64,000 bases of DNA from Dehalococcoidia bacterium (GTDB taxonomy: Bacteria; Chloroflexota; Dehalococcoidia; Lucifugimonadales; UBA3495): the NCBI GenBank assembly GCA_965262595.1, contig OZ253548.1, forward strand, positions 951,645-1,015,644. Reading direction: 5' to 3'. A program made the position numbers and the translations under genes. Positions 19,159-30,645 of the stretch are shown here, piece after piece; position 1 is the stretch's first letter; each line of letters opens with the position of its first letter. The notes under the pieces are model-generated. The model searched no databases, was not told where the DNA came from, and saw only the letters and a list, made by a program, of their open reading frames with translations.

Positions 19159-19950
19159 TTAGCTGCCGGCCGGGGCCGGCTGGGGTACCTCAGCCGTGGG
19201 ACTGCTGGCGGCCGCATAGGTTCGCGCCGGAATCCTGCCGGACAGGTAGGCCTTGCGCCCCGCCTCTACTCCCAGCTTAAAGGCTTCCGCCATTAGCGCC
19301 GGGTTCTCCGCCTGGGCAATCGCCGTATTAACCAATACCGCCGAGGCTCCCATTTCCAGGGCTTTGGAGGCGTCGGAGGGAACCGCCAGACCGGCATCCA
19401 CCACCACTGGCACATTGGCCTGCTCGATGATGATGCGTACCTCTTCTACCGTGTGGATTCCCTGCCCGGAACCGATGGCCGAACCAAGGGGCATTACGGT
19501 AGCGCACCCTGCTTCCTCCAGCCTACGGGCCAATACCGGGTCAGCATGAATGTAGGGAAGGACAATAAACCCCTCTGCAACCAATAGTTTGGCCGCTTCC
19601 AGAGTGGCAGCCGGGTCCGGGAAAAGATACTTGGGATCGGGAATCACTTCCAGCTTAACAAAGTCGGTCTTGGCAACTTCCCTGCCAAGACGAGCGACAA
19701 ACATTGCCTCTTCAACCGTGGCGCACCCGGCGGTGTTGGGCAGAATGTTGTAGCGCGTCCAGTCAATATAGTCAAGGATTGTCTTTTCCGTCGGGTCTTC
19801 CAGATTCAGGCGGCGAATGGCCACGGTAACCATCGCGGTGCCCGAGGCTTCAATTGCCTGGACCATTTCCTCGTTGGTGCGGTACCGCCCGGTGCCGACA
19901 ATAAGACGGGATTCAAAGTGCTTCCCTGCAATTACCAAGTCATCCGACAT
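19159..19950 (-). CDS. thiG: Thiazole synthase ThiG
   Basis: 263 aa. L.I.GK.F.SRLIVGTGRY...NTAGC....EA...A.L.RE...VKLEVI.D...L.PD, highly conserved ThiG. Confidence 0.95.
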   Translation of the reverse strand: MSDDLVIAGKHFESRLIVGTGRYRTNEEMVQAIEASGTAMVTVAIRRLNLEDPTEKTILDYIDWTRYNILPNTAGCATVEEAMFVARLGREVAKTDFVKLEVIPDPKYLFPDPAATLEAAKLLVAEGFIVLPYIHADPVLARRLEEAGCATVMPLGSAIGSGQGIHTVEEVRIIIEQANVPVVVDAGLAVPSDASKALEMGASAVLVNTAIAQAENPALMAEAFKLGVEAGRKAYLSGRIPARTYAAASSPTAEVPQPAPAGS

Positions 19951-19978
19951 TGCAGCTACTCCTTTTCCGACCCAAATT

Positions 19979-20013
19979 AAAAAGCAACCACCATTAGCTT
20001 GCCTGGCGGTTGC
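19979..20013 (-). terminator. Attenuator hairpin (expression platform) of the TPP riboswitch
   Basis: Minus-strand RNA reads GCAACCGCC-AGGCAAGCUAAU-GGUGGUUGC followed by UUUUU, between the aptamer and the thiG RBS. Confidence 0.6.
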
Positions 20014-20023
20014 GGTACAATCC

Positions 20024-20122
20024 AGCGTCTTATCCCTGCGCCGGCATTACCCGGATCAGGTACAGACGGTCGGTAGCGACATTCGGCTACCCTCTCAGCC
20101 CGGCTTGCCCAAGCTCCCGCTA
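20024..20122 (-). ncRNA. TPP (THI-box) riboswitch aptamer
   Basis: The reverse complement reads CUAGCGGGAGCUUGGGCAAGCCGGGCUGAGAGGGUAGCC...GACCGUCUGUACCUGAUCCGGGUAAUGCCGGCGCAGGGAUAAGACGCUGG. It carries the invariant CUGAGA, ACCUGAUC.GG.UAAU.CC.GCG.AGGGA and a closing P1 stem, directly upstream of thiG. Confidence 0.9.
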
Positions 20123-20219
20123 GAAGATATCGTATTCAACTGAGATTAGACTCTAGCACGAGGCAGACCGTAAGTCAAACCGGACAATGCAACGCAACAC
20201 CGCAGCGCAAGATATCGGC

Positions 20220-20897
20220 CTATAGCTCATACTCTTTCAAGTCCGGGGAGAGTATGAGCCGGGCATCTGTAAGTTCCTGCACTTCTTCGACCGACCAGCC
20301 AGGGGCGGTCTCCTTCAACACCAGACCTTCCGGAGTGGGCTCCATGACCGCCAGGTCGGTGACTATCAGGGATACGCAGCCTTTTCCGGTAATCGGATAG
20401 GTGCAATCCTCCACAATCTTGGGCTGGTTTTGCCGGTCGGTATGCTCCATCGCCACGATGACCTGTTTGGCCCCGGCGGCCAAATCCATCGCGCCGCCGA
20501 TATTTCCGACGCCTCGTTCCGGCAGCATCCAGTTTGCCAGATCGCCCTTAGCCGAAACCTGGTGCGCGCCCAATACCGTAACGTCCACGTGGCCACCCCG
20601 GATCATCGCGAAACCGTCCACCGTACTAAAAAAGGCCATGCCGGGCACTGGCTGCAGGAATTGGCCTCCGGCATTAATCAGGTCAATATCCTGCTCATCA
20701 TCCTCGGCCAGGGGGCCGCAATTCAGGACGCCGCTCTCGCTGTGGTAAAAGACCACGCTTCCATCGGGGACAAACATAGAAACCAGGGTCGGAATCCCAA
20801 TGCCCAAGTTTACGTAGCCGCCATCGGGCAACTCCTTTGCTACCCGCATCGCCACAACTTCCCGTCCCAGCCGTTCCTTTTCTTCCGCCATTAGCAA
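20220..20897 (-). CDS. 3-oxoacid CoA-transferase, subunit B
   Basis: 225 aa. VNLGIGIPT...YHSESGVL (catalytic Glu motif S-E-x-G)...GGAMDL..GAK.VIV.MEH. Confidence 0.85.
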   Translation of the reverse strand: MLMAEEKERLGREVVAMRVAKELPDGGYVNLGIGIPTLVSMFVPDGSVVFYHSESGVLNCGPLAEDDEQDIDLINAGGQFLQPVPGMAFFSTVDGFAMIRGGHVDVTVLGAHQVSAKGDLANWMLPERGVGNIGGAMDLAAGAKQVIVAMEHTDRQNQPKIVEDCTYPITGKGCVSLIVTDLAVMEPTPEGLVLKETAPGWSVEEVQELTDARLILSPDLKEYEL

Positions 20898-20927
20898 CGA
20901 TTCTCCTCAAAGTTTGCCCGACGCCGC

Positions 20928-22349
20928 CTACTCGTAAGCGGAAAATCCCTCGGGGCGTTTGACCAGCCGGTCAACGTAGATGCCGGGAGTGACAATCAAC
21001 TCCGGGTCCAGCTCGCCGGGCTCGACAATTTCGTCAACTTCCACCACGGTAACCCGGGCCGCCGGGGCCATTACCGCATTGAAGTTTCGCGACGTGCCTT
21101 TATAAACCACATTGCCCAGAGTATCGGCCTTGTAACCCCGTATCAGGCAGAAATCCGCCCCCAGTCCCGCTTCCAGGATGTATTCTTTGCCGTCAATGAT
21201 ACGACTTTCCTTACCCTCGGCGATCAAGGTGCCCACCCCGGTGGGGGTGTAGAATGCGGCAATTCCGGCGCCGCCTGCCCTCAAACGCTCCGCCAACGTA
21301 CCCTGGGGCACTAATTCCAACTCCACCTCACCGCGGCGGTAAGCCAGCTCAAAAGAACTGGGGCGAGAAGCGGAGGGGGAAACCGGATAGGTGGCTATAG
21401 CCTTTTTGACTTGCCGGTTGTCAACCAGGATGGAATGGTCGATCGCCAGACGGCCGGCCGGGGTGCCAAAGTTGACCGAGCGGGCAATTCCGGCGGTATT
21501 GCTGATAATGGTCAGATTGCCGGTGCCAAGGTCGCGCAGTGACACCAGCAGGTAATGGGCCATGCCGCCAGGCCCGCCAAAGCCGTCAATCATCACCGTC
21601 GCCCCGTCGGGTAAGTCCTGAATCGCCGAGGGGCCATCGGCGTAAACCTTGCCGGCCCGCAGCGCAGGAGTTTCGTCGAAAACGGCGGCCATTTGCTTTA
21701 CATTGGCAGCCAGCGACAGGGGCGCGCCGGTAATAGCCACAACGTCGTCGGTACGCCATCCCGGAGCGACTTCAGACAAGACCAGCCCTTGTTCCGTAAC
21801 CTGAATCACCGCCACGTCGGTTACGATAAGATTGACACAGTTCCGGCCGTCGGCCAGGGGGGATGAATTGGAAACCAGATGGGGTGTGCCGTCGGAGCCG
21901 GTGTGGGGCAGCATAGCAATTACCCGGACCGCGCCCGCAGCAAGGTCCATTGAGGCCCCGGGGGCAAATATCCCCGGAGTGGCGGCCGTAGTCCAGCTTA
22001 CAAAATCTCCTTGCCCGTTAACCTGGAACGGCTGAATCGCTGAGACATCCACGTGACCGCCTCGGAGCATTCCTGCCAGGTCACCGATACTGACTACAGT
22101 CGCGCCGGGGTTTAAGGCGACCTCCCTGCCGCCGGAATCGACCAGTATGCCGGCGCCGGAAACGATCTCCTCGGGCGGGCGGTAATACCCCAGCGCCCCG
22201 CTCTCCGAAAGGAACTGCACTGAACCACCGGCCGGTACAACCTGAGCTACTCGTTCAGGGAGACCCAGCCCCAGGGCGACTAACGCGCCCGGCGGCAATT
22301 CCGCGGCCACTCGGCGAGCCATCGTCAGTTCATCTAATCTTTCCGGCAT
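20928..22349 (-). CDS. Fused CoA-transferase: subunit-B-like N-terminal half + subunit-A-like C-terminal half
   Basis: 473 aa. The N-terminal half aligns with the stand-alone B subunit (LSESGALGY, GASMDLAAGAVRVIAM). The C-terminal half aligns with the stand-alone A subunit (KVYADGPSAIQDLPDGATVMIDGFGG...LVPQGTLAERLRAGGAGI..FYTPTGVGT). Confidence 0.8.
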   Translation of the reverse strand: MPERLDELTMARRVAAELPPGALVALGLGLPERVAQVVPAGGSVQFLSESGALGYYRPPEEIVSGAGILVDSGGREVALNPGATVVSIGDLAGMLRGGHVDVSAIQPFQVNGQGDFVSWTTAATPGIFAPGASMDLAAGAVRVIAMLPHTGSDGTPHLVSNSSPLADGRNCVNLIVTDVAVIQVTEQGLVLSEVAPGWRTDDVVAITGAPLSLAANVKQMAAVFDETPALRAGKVYADGPSAIQDLPDGATVMIDGFGGPGGMAHYLLVSLRDLGTGNLTIISNTAGIARSVNFGTPAGRLAIDHSILVDNRQVKKAIATYPVSPSASRPSSFELAYRRGEVELELVPQGTLAERLRAGGAGIAAFYTPTGVGTLIAEGKESRIIDGKEYILEAGLGADFCLIRGYKADTLGNVVYKGTSRNFNAVMAPAARVTVVEVDEIVEPGELDPELIVTPGIYVDRLVKRPEGFSAYE

Positions 22350-22471
22350 GATTCCTCAGTTCCTAATACTTTTACGGTTTACCACCAATGAAAGGCCGAC
22401 AATATGCCCAACGCGCTCCACGGGCTGACGGTGCGTTGACCTTGCGGCAAAGATACGCCCACCGGTGTCGG

Positions 22472-23194
22472 TTAAGCCGACGCCACCAGGCGATTGACAA
22501 ATATCCCCGGCGTAATTACTGCTTCCGGGTCCAGCCCGCCCGGCTCAACAATGGCGTCAGCCTCGGCAATGGACACCCTGGCAGCCATAGCCATTACCGG
22601 CCCCCAATTGCGGCCGGTTCCCCGGTACACCACGCTGCCCAGGGTGTCGGCAGTCTCCACTTTAATCAAGGCAAAGTCGGCTTTCAGCGGCAATTCCAGC
22701 AGGGCTTCCCCCCTTGGAAAGGCGCGCTTTTCCTTGCCGGTTTCAAACCTGGTGCCCACACCGGTTGGCAGGAAAACGCCGCCGATTCCGGCGCCACCGG
22801 CCCGCAGTCGCTCGGCCAATATCCCCAGAGGAGTTACCTCAATTTCCAGGTCGCCGGAGCGCCAACGTTCCTCGATGGCTCCGCCGCCGCCGGGAAGGAA
22901 GGGAAGCGGAGAAATAATTTTGACCACTTGACCATTGGCAACCAACTGCTCCATTCCGGGGTCGGAGGCAAAATCACCTGCCTGCGGGTTAGCCTGGGAA
23001 GCGTGGGAATAGATACAAGTGAGACCACCTACACCTTTATTTGCCAACCCCTTTAGCAGCCGGCCGGGGAGTCCGCAACCGGCAACCCCGGATACCAGAA
23101 TTATGGCCCCCTGGAACACGTCGGCCAATGCGGTCTCCGGTGATGCGTACACCTTTTCCAGGGCCAATTTGGTTCCCCCAATTTTTAGGGTCAT
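22472..23194 (-). CDS. 3-oxoacid CoA-transferase, subunit A
   Basis: 240 aa. KVYASPETALADV..GAIILVSG...VTPLGILAERLRAGGAGIGGVFLPTGVGT... Confidence 0.85.
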   Translation of the reverse strand: MTLKIGGTKLALEKVYASPETALADVFQGAIILVSGVAGCGLPGRLLKGLANKGVGGLTCIYSHASQANPQAGDFASDPGMEQLVANGQVVKIISPLPFLPGGGGAIEERWRSGDLEIEVTPLGILAERLRAGGAGIGGVFLPTGVGTRFETGKEKRAFPRGEALLELPLKADFALIKVETADTLGSVVYRGTGRNWGPVMAMAARVSIAEADAIVEPGGLDPEAVITPGIFVNRLVASA

Positions 23195-23271
23195 TCTACC
23201 AGTTACCAGGTATCCGGGAAAGGGTGGAGACGTCCGAAGAATGGAGCAGACCCAGCCTACGCCCCATTGCG

Positions 23272-23302
23272 CAACAAGAAAACCGCCCCGATTGCTCGGG
23301 GC
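23272..23302 (-). terminator. Intrinsic terminator after groEL
   Basis: On the minus strand: GCCCCG-AGCAAU-CGGGGC followed by GGUUUUCUUGUU. Confidence 0.6.
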
Positions 23303-23345
23303 AGTTAAGAAGGTCTGGGTTACCGAAGAGATCCCTGGGTGAGTC

Positions 23346-24986
<1,641 letters not shown>

Positions 24987-25110
24987 CTAGCTGTTATAAG
25001 TCAAGGGATGTTTCAGTTTTGGTCCCGCCGTCCTATTGGTCCACTTTTTCCCAGTGACCCATGCGACGGCAGATGCACTTTGATCAAAATAAGTCGTTGG
25101 GGTAAGCGAG

Positions 25111-25410
25111 TTAAGAAATCTTGGCCAGAACGTCGCTCTCTCGCATAATCAGGTATTCGTCATCCCCGTCTTTATACTCGGTTCCGGCAAATTTGGAGTA
25201 AATGACCCGGTCTCCCACGCCCAGTTCCATGGGAATCCGACCACCTTCATCAGTTGCCCGGCCCGGTCCCACGGCGACTACTTCGCCTTCCTGGGGCTTT
25301 TCCTTAGCGGTGTCCGGCAGGTAAATGCCGCCGCGAGTGGTCTGCTCTTGTTCAATGGGTTTTAAAATTATTCGCTCCCCTAACGGAGCAAACTTAGCCT
25401 TGGTTACCAC
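25111..25410 (-). CDS. groES: Co-chaperonin GroES (Cpn10)
   Basis: A GTG start at 25410 behind GGAAGGAG fits better than the upstream ATG at 25452. ...[44 protein letters not shown]. Confidence 0.9.
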   Translation of the reverse strand: MVTKAKFAPLGERIILKPIEQEQTTRGGIYLPDTAKEKPQEGEVVAVGPGRATDEGGRIPMELGVGDRVIYSKFAGTEYKDGDDEYLIMRESDVLAKIS

Positions 25411-25453
25411 TGCTTTCTCCTTCCGTATCTCGTGTATGTAATTTTTCGCCAAA

Positions 25454-25480
25454 TTAGCACTCTCGCGGGGAGAGTGCTAA
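25454..25480. promoter_or_regulatory. CIRCE element (HrcA operator) upstream of groES-groEL
   Basis: Perfect TTAGCACTC-N9-GAGTGCTAA inverted repeat. Confidence 0.9.
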
Positions 25481-25557
25481 TTCATCCTAAACAAGGTATC
25501 GGCACTTGTCAAGTGATTGCCGGACACTTACTATTTAGCCAACTCAACCTACGACCG

Positions 25558-26409
25558 TTGCCGTTAGGAATCGTCATTTTTTATCGATTCATCAAATACG
25601 TAACCGCTTCGGCCGCCGCGTCCTGGACCGCGACCATTACCCTGGCGAGCCCGGCTAGCCGCAACCTGATTGATGCGGAGCTGGCCGAGGAGTTTCGCGA
25701 CGCTTGCCAGAAAATTGACGCCGACGAGTCTGCGCGGCTGCTGGTGGTAACCGGCTCCGGTGATTGCTTTTCCGTCGGCAGGCGAGCCCCAGGCAGCGAT
25801 GCAAGCGAAGATGGCACGGCTGATTCGACCGGCGAAAGTTTGTCGGAACAACGCACGGCGCAACTTATCCTACAACTGAACCGGCTTCGGGTAGCCGACT
25901 GCCTGGCCGATTTGAGCATTCCGGTGATTGTGGCGTTGAATGGCGACGCCATTGGGCACGGCCTGGAATTGGCCTTGGCCGGCGACTTGCGAATCGCCGC
26001 CGCCCATGCCCGATTCGGGTTGTCCGAGCCCAACCGGCTATCCTTTCCCTGGGACGGAGGCACCCAACGCCTGCCGCGGTTGGTCGGCCCGGCTTGGGCG
26101 CTGGATTTGGCGCTGACTTCCCGCCTGGTTGATGCCGAGGAAGCCCTACGGCTGGGACTGGTAAATCGGGTAGTGGCTCCGGAACAGCTTCCCGGAGAGG
26201 TTAAGCGGCTGGCGGCCAGCATTTTGGCCGGCGGGCCGGTTGCCGCCAGGTATGCCAAAGAAGCCGTTGGCAAGGGAATGGATTTGTCATTGGCCCAGGG
26301 ACTGGGGTTGGAGGCCGACCTGAGTGTCATCTTGCAAAGTACCGCCGACCGGGCCGAGGGTATCGCATCTTTTAAAGAACGCCGGAGCGCCAAGTTTTCC
26401 GGTAGTTAG
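25558..26409 (+). CDS. Enoyl-CoA hydratase/isomerase (crotonase) family protein; start uncertain
   Basis: Crotonase motifs: ATITLASPASRN, VVTGSGDCFSVG, VIVALNGDAIGHGLELALAGDLRIAA, EEALRLGLVNRVV. The track's ATG at 25432 would read through the CIRCE operator, so I place the start at the in-frame TTG at 25558. This is tentative. Confidence 0.7.
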   Translation: MPLGIVIFYRFIKYVTASAAASWTATITLASPASRNLIDAELAEEFRDACQKIDADESARLLVVTGSGDCFSVGRRAPGSDASEDGTADSTGESLSEQRTAQLILQLNRLRVADCLADLSIPVIVALNGDAIGHGLELALAGDLRIAAAHARFGLSEPNRLSFPWDGGTQRLPRLVGPAWALDLALTSRLVDAEEALRLGLVNRVVAPEQLPGEVKRLAASILAGGPVAARYAKEAVGKGMDLSLAQGLGLEADLSVILQSTADRAEGIASFKERRSAKFSGS

Positions 26410-26526
26410 GCTGGAGAAGGCCTTTAATGGCGCGAATTTCCGGGAACCACCGGGAAAGCAATTCAAACTATCGGATAAGCGATTCCAATTTTGACGTCGG
26501 ATTAAGCGAGAAAGGAATACTCACCA

Positions 26527-27096
26527 TTGAAAGTTAAGCTAGACCTGCATACTCACATTTGGGAAGCCTTCAATTTCCAGCCGCCATCCGTCTCAATAGC
26601 CGAGAAAGTCATTGAGCAGATTAAGTCAACCGGCATTGACGGGATTGCCATAACCGACCACCACAACCGGGAATGGGGAGCGAAGCTTCGGGAGTTGGTG
26701 GAAGAGCGCTTCCCCGGCGAGGTTATCATCATTCCCGGCTGGGAGATTGAAATTCGCCCGCCCCAAAGCCCTTTTGACGAATATCAGGTTAGCGAGTTGT
26801 TTCTCCCCGGCGGGGGAGTTTTCAGAATCTATTGCCACCCCGGTTATTATTCGCCCAAGATCATCATCGAAGAAAACGTGCATGCCATCGAGATTGACAA
26901 CTATATCCACAATTGGCACATCCGAAAAGACCAAGTCCAGGAAGTAGCCGACTCCAATTCCTTGCTGATGGTGGAAGTAAGCGATGCCCACGTTTTAGAG
27001 AATGTGGGAGTGCGCTATACCGCAGTGGAAATGGAAGACCTGTACCGGCGCGCCATGCCTCTGGCAATGTGGGAAGAAGAATACAAAGGGAACTAA
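26527..27096 (+). CDS. PHP-domain metal-dependent phosphoesterase family protein
   Basis: 189 aa. KLDLHTHIWEAF...GIDGIAITDHHN...YCHPG..., PHP-type His/Asp motifs. TTG start. Confidence 0.55.
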   Translation: MKVKLDLHTHIWEAFNFQPPSVSIAEKVIEQIKSTGIDGIAITDHHNREWGAKLRELVEERFPGEVIIIPGWEIEIRPPQSPFDEYQVSELFLPGGGVFRIYCHPGYYSPKIIIEENVHAIEIDNYIHNWHIRKDQVQEVADSNSLLMVEVSDAHVLENVGVRYTAVEMEDLYRRAMPLAMWEEEYKGN

Positions 27097-27132
27097 AGAA
27101 ACTAAGGGAAAGGGGAAACGGTTAATCAAGCT

Positions 27133-27858
27133 ATGTCTGCCTACGCGACGCTGCTTTTTGAGAAAAACGACGGGGTGGCCCACATTGGACTGAACCGCCC
27201 CGAGGCATTGAATGCCTTCAATGTAAAGATGCGGGACGAATTTTCCGAACTTCTGGAGGCAGCGCATACCGATACCGAAGTCGGCGCACTGCTTATCACC
27301 GGCGAAGGCCGGGCTTTCTGTGCCGGGGCGGATCTTAGCGAATTCGGCACCGCTCCCTCTCAGATCGTTGCCCGCCGGGTTCGGTGGCAGCGTGACGTGT
27401 GGGGCCAATTGGGCAACCTGGACTTACCGGTTGTCACGGCGGTACACGGCTACTGCATCGGTTCCGGTTTAGAAATCGCCCTGTTGAGTGACTTGAGAAT
27501 TGCCGCCGCCAATACGGTTTTCGCCATGCCTGAAGTGCATTTGGGAATGATTCCCGCCGCCGGTGGCAGCCAAACCCTGCCCCGAAATTGCGGCGTTTCC
27601 GCTGCCCTGGATTTGCTGCTGACCGGACGCTCGATAGATGCGGAAGAGGCGCTGGACCTGGGCCTGGTGACCCGAATAGCTCCTCCATCCGAGTTAACCC
27701 GGGTCGCCTGGGATCTGGCCCTTTACCTGGCAAGCATGGGGCGTCCCACGGTCGCCGCCCTCAAATCAGCCCTGCGCGTCGGCATGGACCTGGGTTTTAA
27801 GGAAGGGCTGGAACTGGAACGCCGGCAAGCCGTACTGGCCTTGAGCGCCAGCGGATAG
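27133..27858 (+). CDS. Enoyl-CoA hydratase/isomerase family protein
   Basis: 241 aa. GVAHIGLNRPEALNAF...LLITGEGRAFCAGADL...VVTAVHGYCIGSGLEIALLSDLRIAA. Confidence 0.85.
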   Translation: MSAYATLLFEKNDGVAHIGLNRPEALNAFNVKMRDEFSELLEAAHTDTEVGALLITGEGRAFCAGADLSEFGTAPSQIVARRVRWQRDVWGQLGNLDLPVVTAVHGYCIGSGLEIALLSDLRIAAANTVFAMPEVHLGMIPAAGGSQTLPRNCGVSAALDLLLTGRSIDAEEALDLGLVTRIAPPSELTRVAWDLALYLASMGRPTVAALKSALRVGMDLGFKEGLELERRQAVLALSASG

Positions 27859-27946
27859 ACATGGACAACTGCCGGCCGACATATTTCAGATTTCCGGTTT
27901 CGTGGAGACCCGGCTACCGAACCCTGGCAGCAAAGTTGGAGACCAG

Positions 27947-29503
27947 ATGAACACCACCGAGTTTCTAGTTATCGCCGGGGCCATCGTGCCCGACCGAACG
28001 GCGTTGATTTTTGAAGGCCGGCAATTCACTTTTGCCCAATTGCAGGAACGGGTGAACCGCCTGGCCAACGCCCTGGCCGACCTGGGAGTAAGCCCCGGCG
28101 ACCGGGTAGCCACCATGCAAGTCAACTGCAACCAGAGTATTGAGCTGTATTTTGCGGCAGCGCTCCTGGATGCCATTTACGTCCCCCTTAATTTTCGGGC
28201 CAAGTCCGAGGAACTGGAGCAAATGTTGGCTATTGCCCAGCCCAAGCTGCTATTCATTGGAGAAAGGTACCTGCCCCTAATTGAAGATGCCGCTAACCTT
28301 GCCCCAGGTCAGGTAGTTACCCTGGACTGCGCTGCCGAAACCGGTCAGCAGGACTACGAGGCGCTGCTTCAGTCGCCGCCGGATGAACTGCACTTTCCCC
28401 AGGGCGAAGACGAAGACACCACGGTGATTATGTTTACTGCGGGAACTACCGGCGTTCCGAAGGGCGTACAGCTAAGCCACAACAGCTTTGCTTCTTACCT
28501 CCTCTCCACGGTTACGCCGGCAGACCCGGAAGTTGAGGAAACCAACCTGCTGGCGGTGCCTCTTTATCACATTGCCGGGCTGCAGGCGGCGCTGGCTGCT
28601 ATTTATGGCGGGCGCACCTTGGCAATTATGCGGCAATTTGAACCGGAGGAGTGGCTGACCCTGGCTCAGGAATGTCGTGCCAACCGGGCAATGCTGGTGC
28701 CCACGATGCTGAAACGGCTGATGGACTATCCCGATTTTCGGCGGTTTGACCTGTCTTCCCTAAACGTCATTACTTACGGGGCCGCGCCCATGCCCTTGCC
28801 GGTAATCCGGCAGGCAATAGCAGAGTTCCCGGGAGTGCGGTTCATAAACGCCTTCGGCCAGACTGAAACCGCATCTACCATTACCATGCTGCCTCCGGAA
28901 GACCACGAGTTGGACGGAACTCCCCAGGAAGTAGAAACCAGGCTGCGCCGCCTCACTTCCATCGGCAAACCACTGGAAGACGTAGAAGTGATGATTGTGG
29001 ACGAGGAAGGCAATCCGGTAACCACCGGGGAAGTGGGGGAAATTGTTGCCCGCGGTTCACGGATGATGAAAGGGTACTGGCAGCAGGAAGCAGCCACCGA
29101 CGAGACCCTCCGCTCCGGCTGGGTTTACACCGGAGACCTGGCCTATCAGGACGAGGACAACTATATTTATCTGGCCGGAAGAGCCAAGGATTTCATCAAA
29201 CGCGGCGGCGAAATGATCTCCCCGGAAGAGGTGGAGCAGGTGTTGGCGTCCCATCCCCAGGTGGAGGAGGCCGCCATAATTGGAGTCCCCGACCTGGAGT
29301 GGGGCGAAGAGGTGCGCGCCCTGGTGGTTCGCCGCTCGGAGCAGCTTAACGCAACGGAATTAATTGAGCATTGTTCGCAGCGTCTGGCCGGCTTCAAGCG
29401 CCCTCGCTCGGTAATTTTCATTGACCGGCTTCCCCGCAATGTAATGGGAAAAGTGCTGAAGCGGGATTTACGCGAAGAATATGGGTATCCAATCGACCAA
29501 TAA
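27947..29503 (+). CDS. AMP-dependent acyl-CoA synthetase/ligase
   Basis: ATG at 27947 behind GGAGA. Motifs: MFTAGTTGVPKGVQLSH (AMP-binding motif), YGAAP, GWVYTGDLAY, GRAKDFIKRGGE, PRNVMGKVLKR. Confidence 0.85.
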   Translation: MNTTEFLVIAGAIVPDRTALIFEGRQFTFAQLQERVNRLANALADLGVSPGDRVATMQVNCNQSIELYFAAALLDAIYVPLNFRAKSEELEQMLAIAQPKLLFIGERYLPLIEDAANLAPGQVVTLDCAAETGQQDYEALLQSPPDELHFPQGEDEDTTVIMFTAGTTGVPKGVQLSHNSFASYLLSTVTPADPEVEETNLLAVPLYHIAGLQAALAAIYGGRTLAIMRQFEPEEWLTLAQECRANRAMLVPTMLKRLMDYPDFRRFDLSSLNVITYGAAPMPLPVIRQAIAEFPGVRFINAFGQTETASTITMLPPEDHELDGTPQEVETRLRRLTSIGKPLEDVEVMIVDEEGNPVTTGEVGEIVARGSRMMKGYWQQEAATDETLRSGWVYTGDLAYQDEDNYIYLAGRAKDFIKRGGEMISPEEVEQVLASHPQVEEAAIIGVPDLEWGEEVRALVVRRSEQLNATELIEHCSQRLAGFKRPRSVIFIDRLPRNVMGKVLKRDLREEYGYPIDQ

Positions 29504-29607
29504 ACCGACAGCCAGGGAAAGCAAATATCAACCACAAGCAAATATCAACCAATTGAGACCGGGTCAAACCAAATACCGGGCGGCCGGTATCAGCAGAGAG
29601 GTTAATT

Positions 29608-30549
29608 ATGAAAATTGCGGTAATGGGCGCCGGCGGCGTCGGCGGGTACTTTGGAGGGCTGCTGGCTCGGGCTGGCAACGACGTAACATTCGTTGCCCGA
29701 GGCGCCCACCTGCAAGCGATTCGCGAGCGGGGACTGCGCGTCGAGAGCGCCCTGGACGGCGCCTTCACGGTTACCGGCCAGGCCGTTGAAGACACATCCA
29801 AGGCGGGGGAGCAGGAGTTGGTGCTCTTCACCGTCAAGATGTACCACAACGACGCGGCGATCGAAGCCGTCAGGCCGCTGCTGGGACCGGACACCCCTAT
29901 ACTTACGCTGCAGAATGGCATCGACAACGGCCAGCAATTGGTGGATGCCTTTGGCCGGGACCGGGTGCTTATCGGCTCAGCATACATGGAAGGGAGGATA
30001 AGCGAGCCGGGCGTAATTACCCAGGGCGGCCCCGGCATGGCGTCTTTCGGTGAACTGGAACCCGGGATAACCGAGCGGTGCCAGCGGCTGCTGGCCGTCT
30101 TTTTGGAGGCGGGCTGGCGAGTGGAATTCCAGGAGAATATGCCGGGAATGCTCTGGAAGAAGTTCTCTTACCTGGCGGGATCGGCGGCGGTGGGGGCCGC
30201 CAGCAGGTCGGTCTTTAGCGAGATGCGTTCCGTTCCGGAGACCCGGGCAATCATCCAGGGCGCCATTGAGGAGATCCTGGCGATCGGTCGGGCTTGGGGC
30301 GCTCCCATTATGGATGATTCATTGGAATGGGCCATGACTTCCCTGGACAATTTCCCGGCCGCCGGTATGTCGTCGCTGGGCAAGGACTTCCTAGAAGGCC
30401 GTCCGGTGGAGTTGGAAGGGCTTACCGGCACGGCGATCCGAATGGCGCGGGAGGTTGGCGTACCTACCCCCATTAACGACACCCTTTACGGAGTACTCAA
30501 ACCCTGGGCCAACCGGATCGAGCAAGCCCTCAGTGGGGACGCTTCGTAG
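29608..30549 (+). CDS. panE: 2-dehydropantoate 2-reductase (ApbA/PanE family)
   Basis: 313 aa. MKIAVMGAGGVGGYFGGLLARAGNDVTFVARG...LTLQNG...KFSYLAG. This is a family-level call; the substrate is not proven. Confidence 0.65.
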   Translation: MKIAVMGAGGVGGYFGGLLARAGNDVTFVARGAHLQAIRERGLRVESALDGAFTVTGQAVEDTSKAGEQELVLFTVKMYHNDAAIEAVRPLLGPDTPILTLQNGIDNGQQLVDAFGRDRVLIGSAYMEGRISEPGVITQGGPGMASFGELEPGITERCQRLLAVFLEAGWRVEFQENMPGMLWKKFSYLAGSAAVGAASRSVFSEMRSVPETRAIIQGAIEEILAIGRAWGAPIMDDSLEWAMTSLDNFPAAGMSSLGKDFLEGRPVELEGLTGTAIRMAREVGVPTPINDTLYGVLKPWANRIEQALSGDAS

Positions 30550-30645
30550 CGCCTCTTTATTGATGGTTCCGATTCGGGTAGCCAAGGGTATTGGCCCTGT
30601 GGTATAAGTTGGAATGTCCCGAATTAACCTGGAGGACTCCGATAA

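Noticed and set aside
25432-25557. Upstream ATG extension of the enoyl-CoA hydratase ORF
   Set aside because: It would be translated through the CIRCE operator and the groES promoter region, and it adds a non-homologous hydrophobic N-terminus. An internal start is more plausible.
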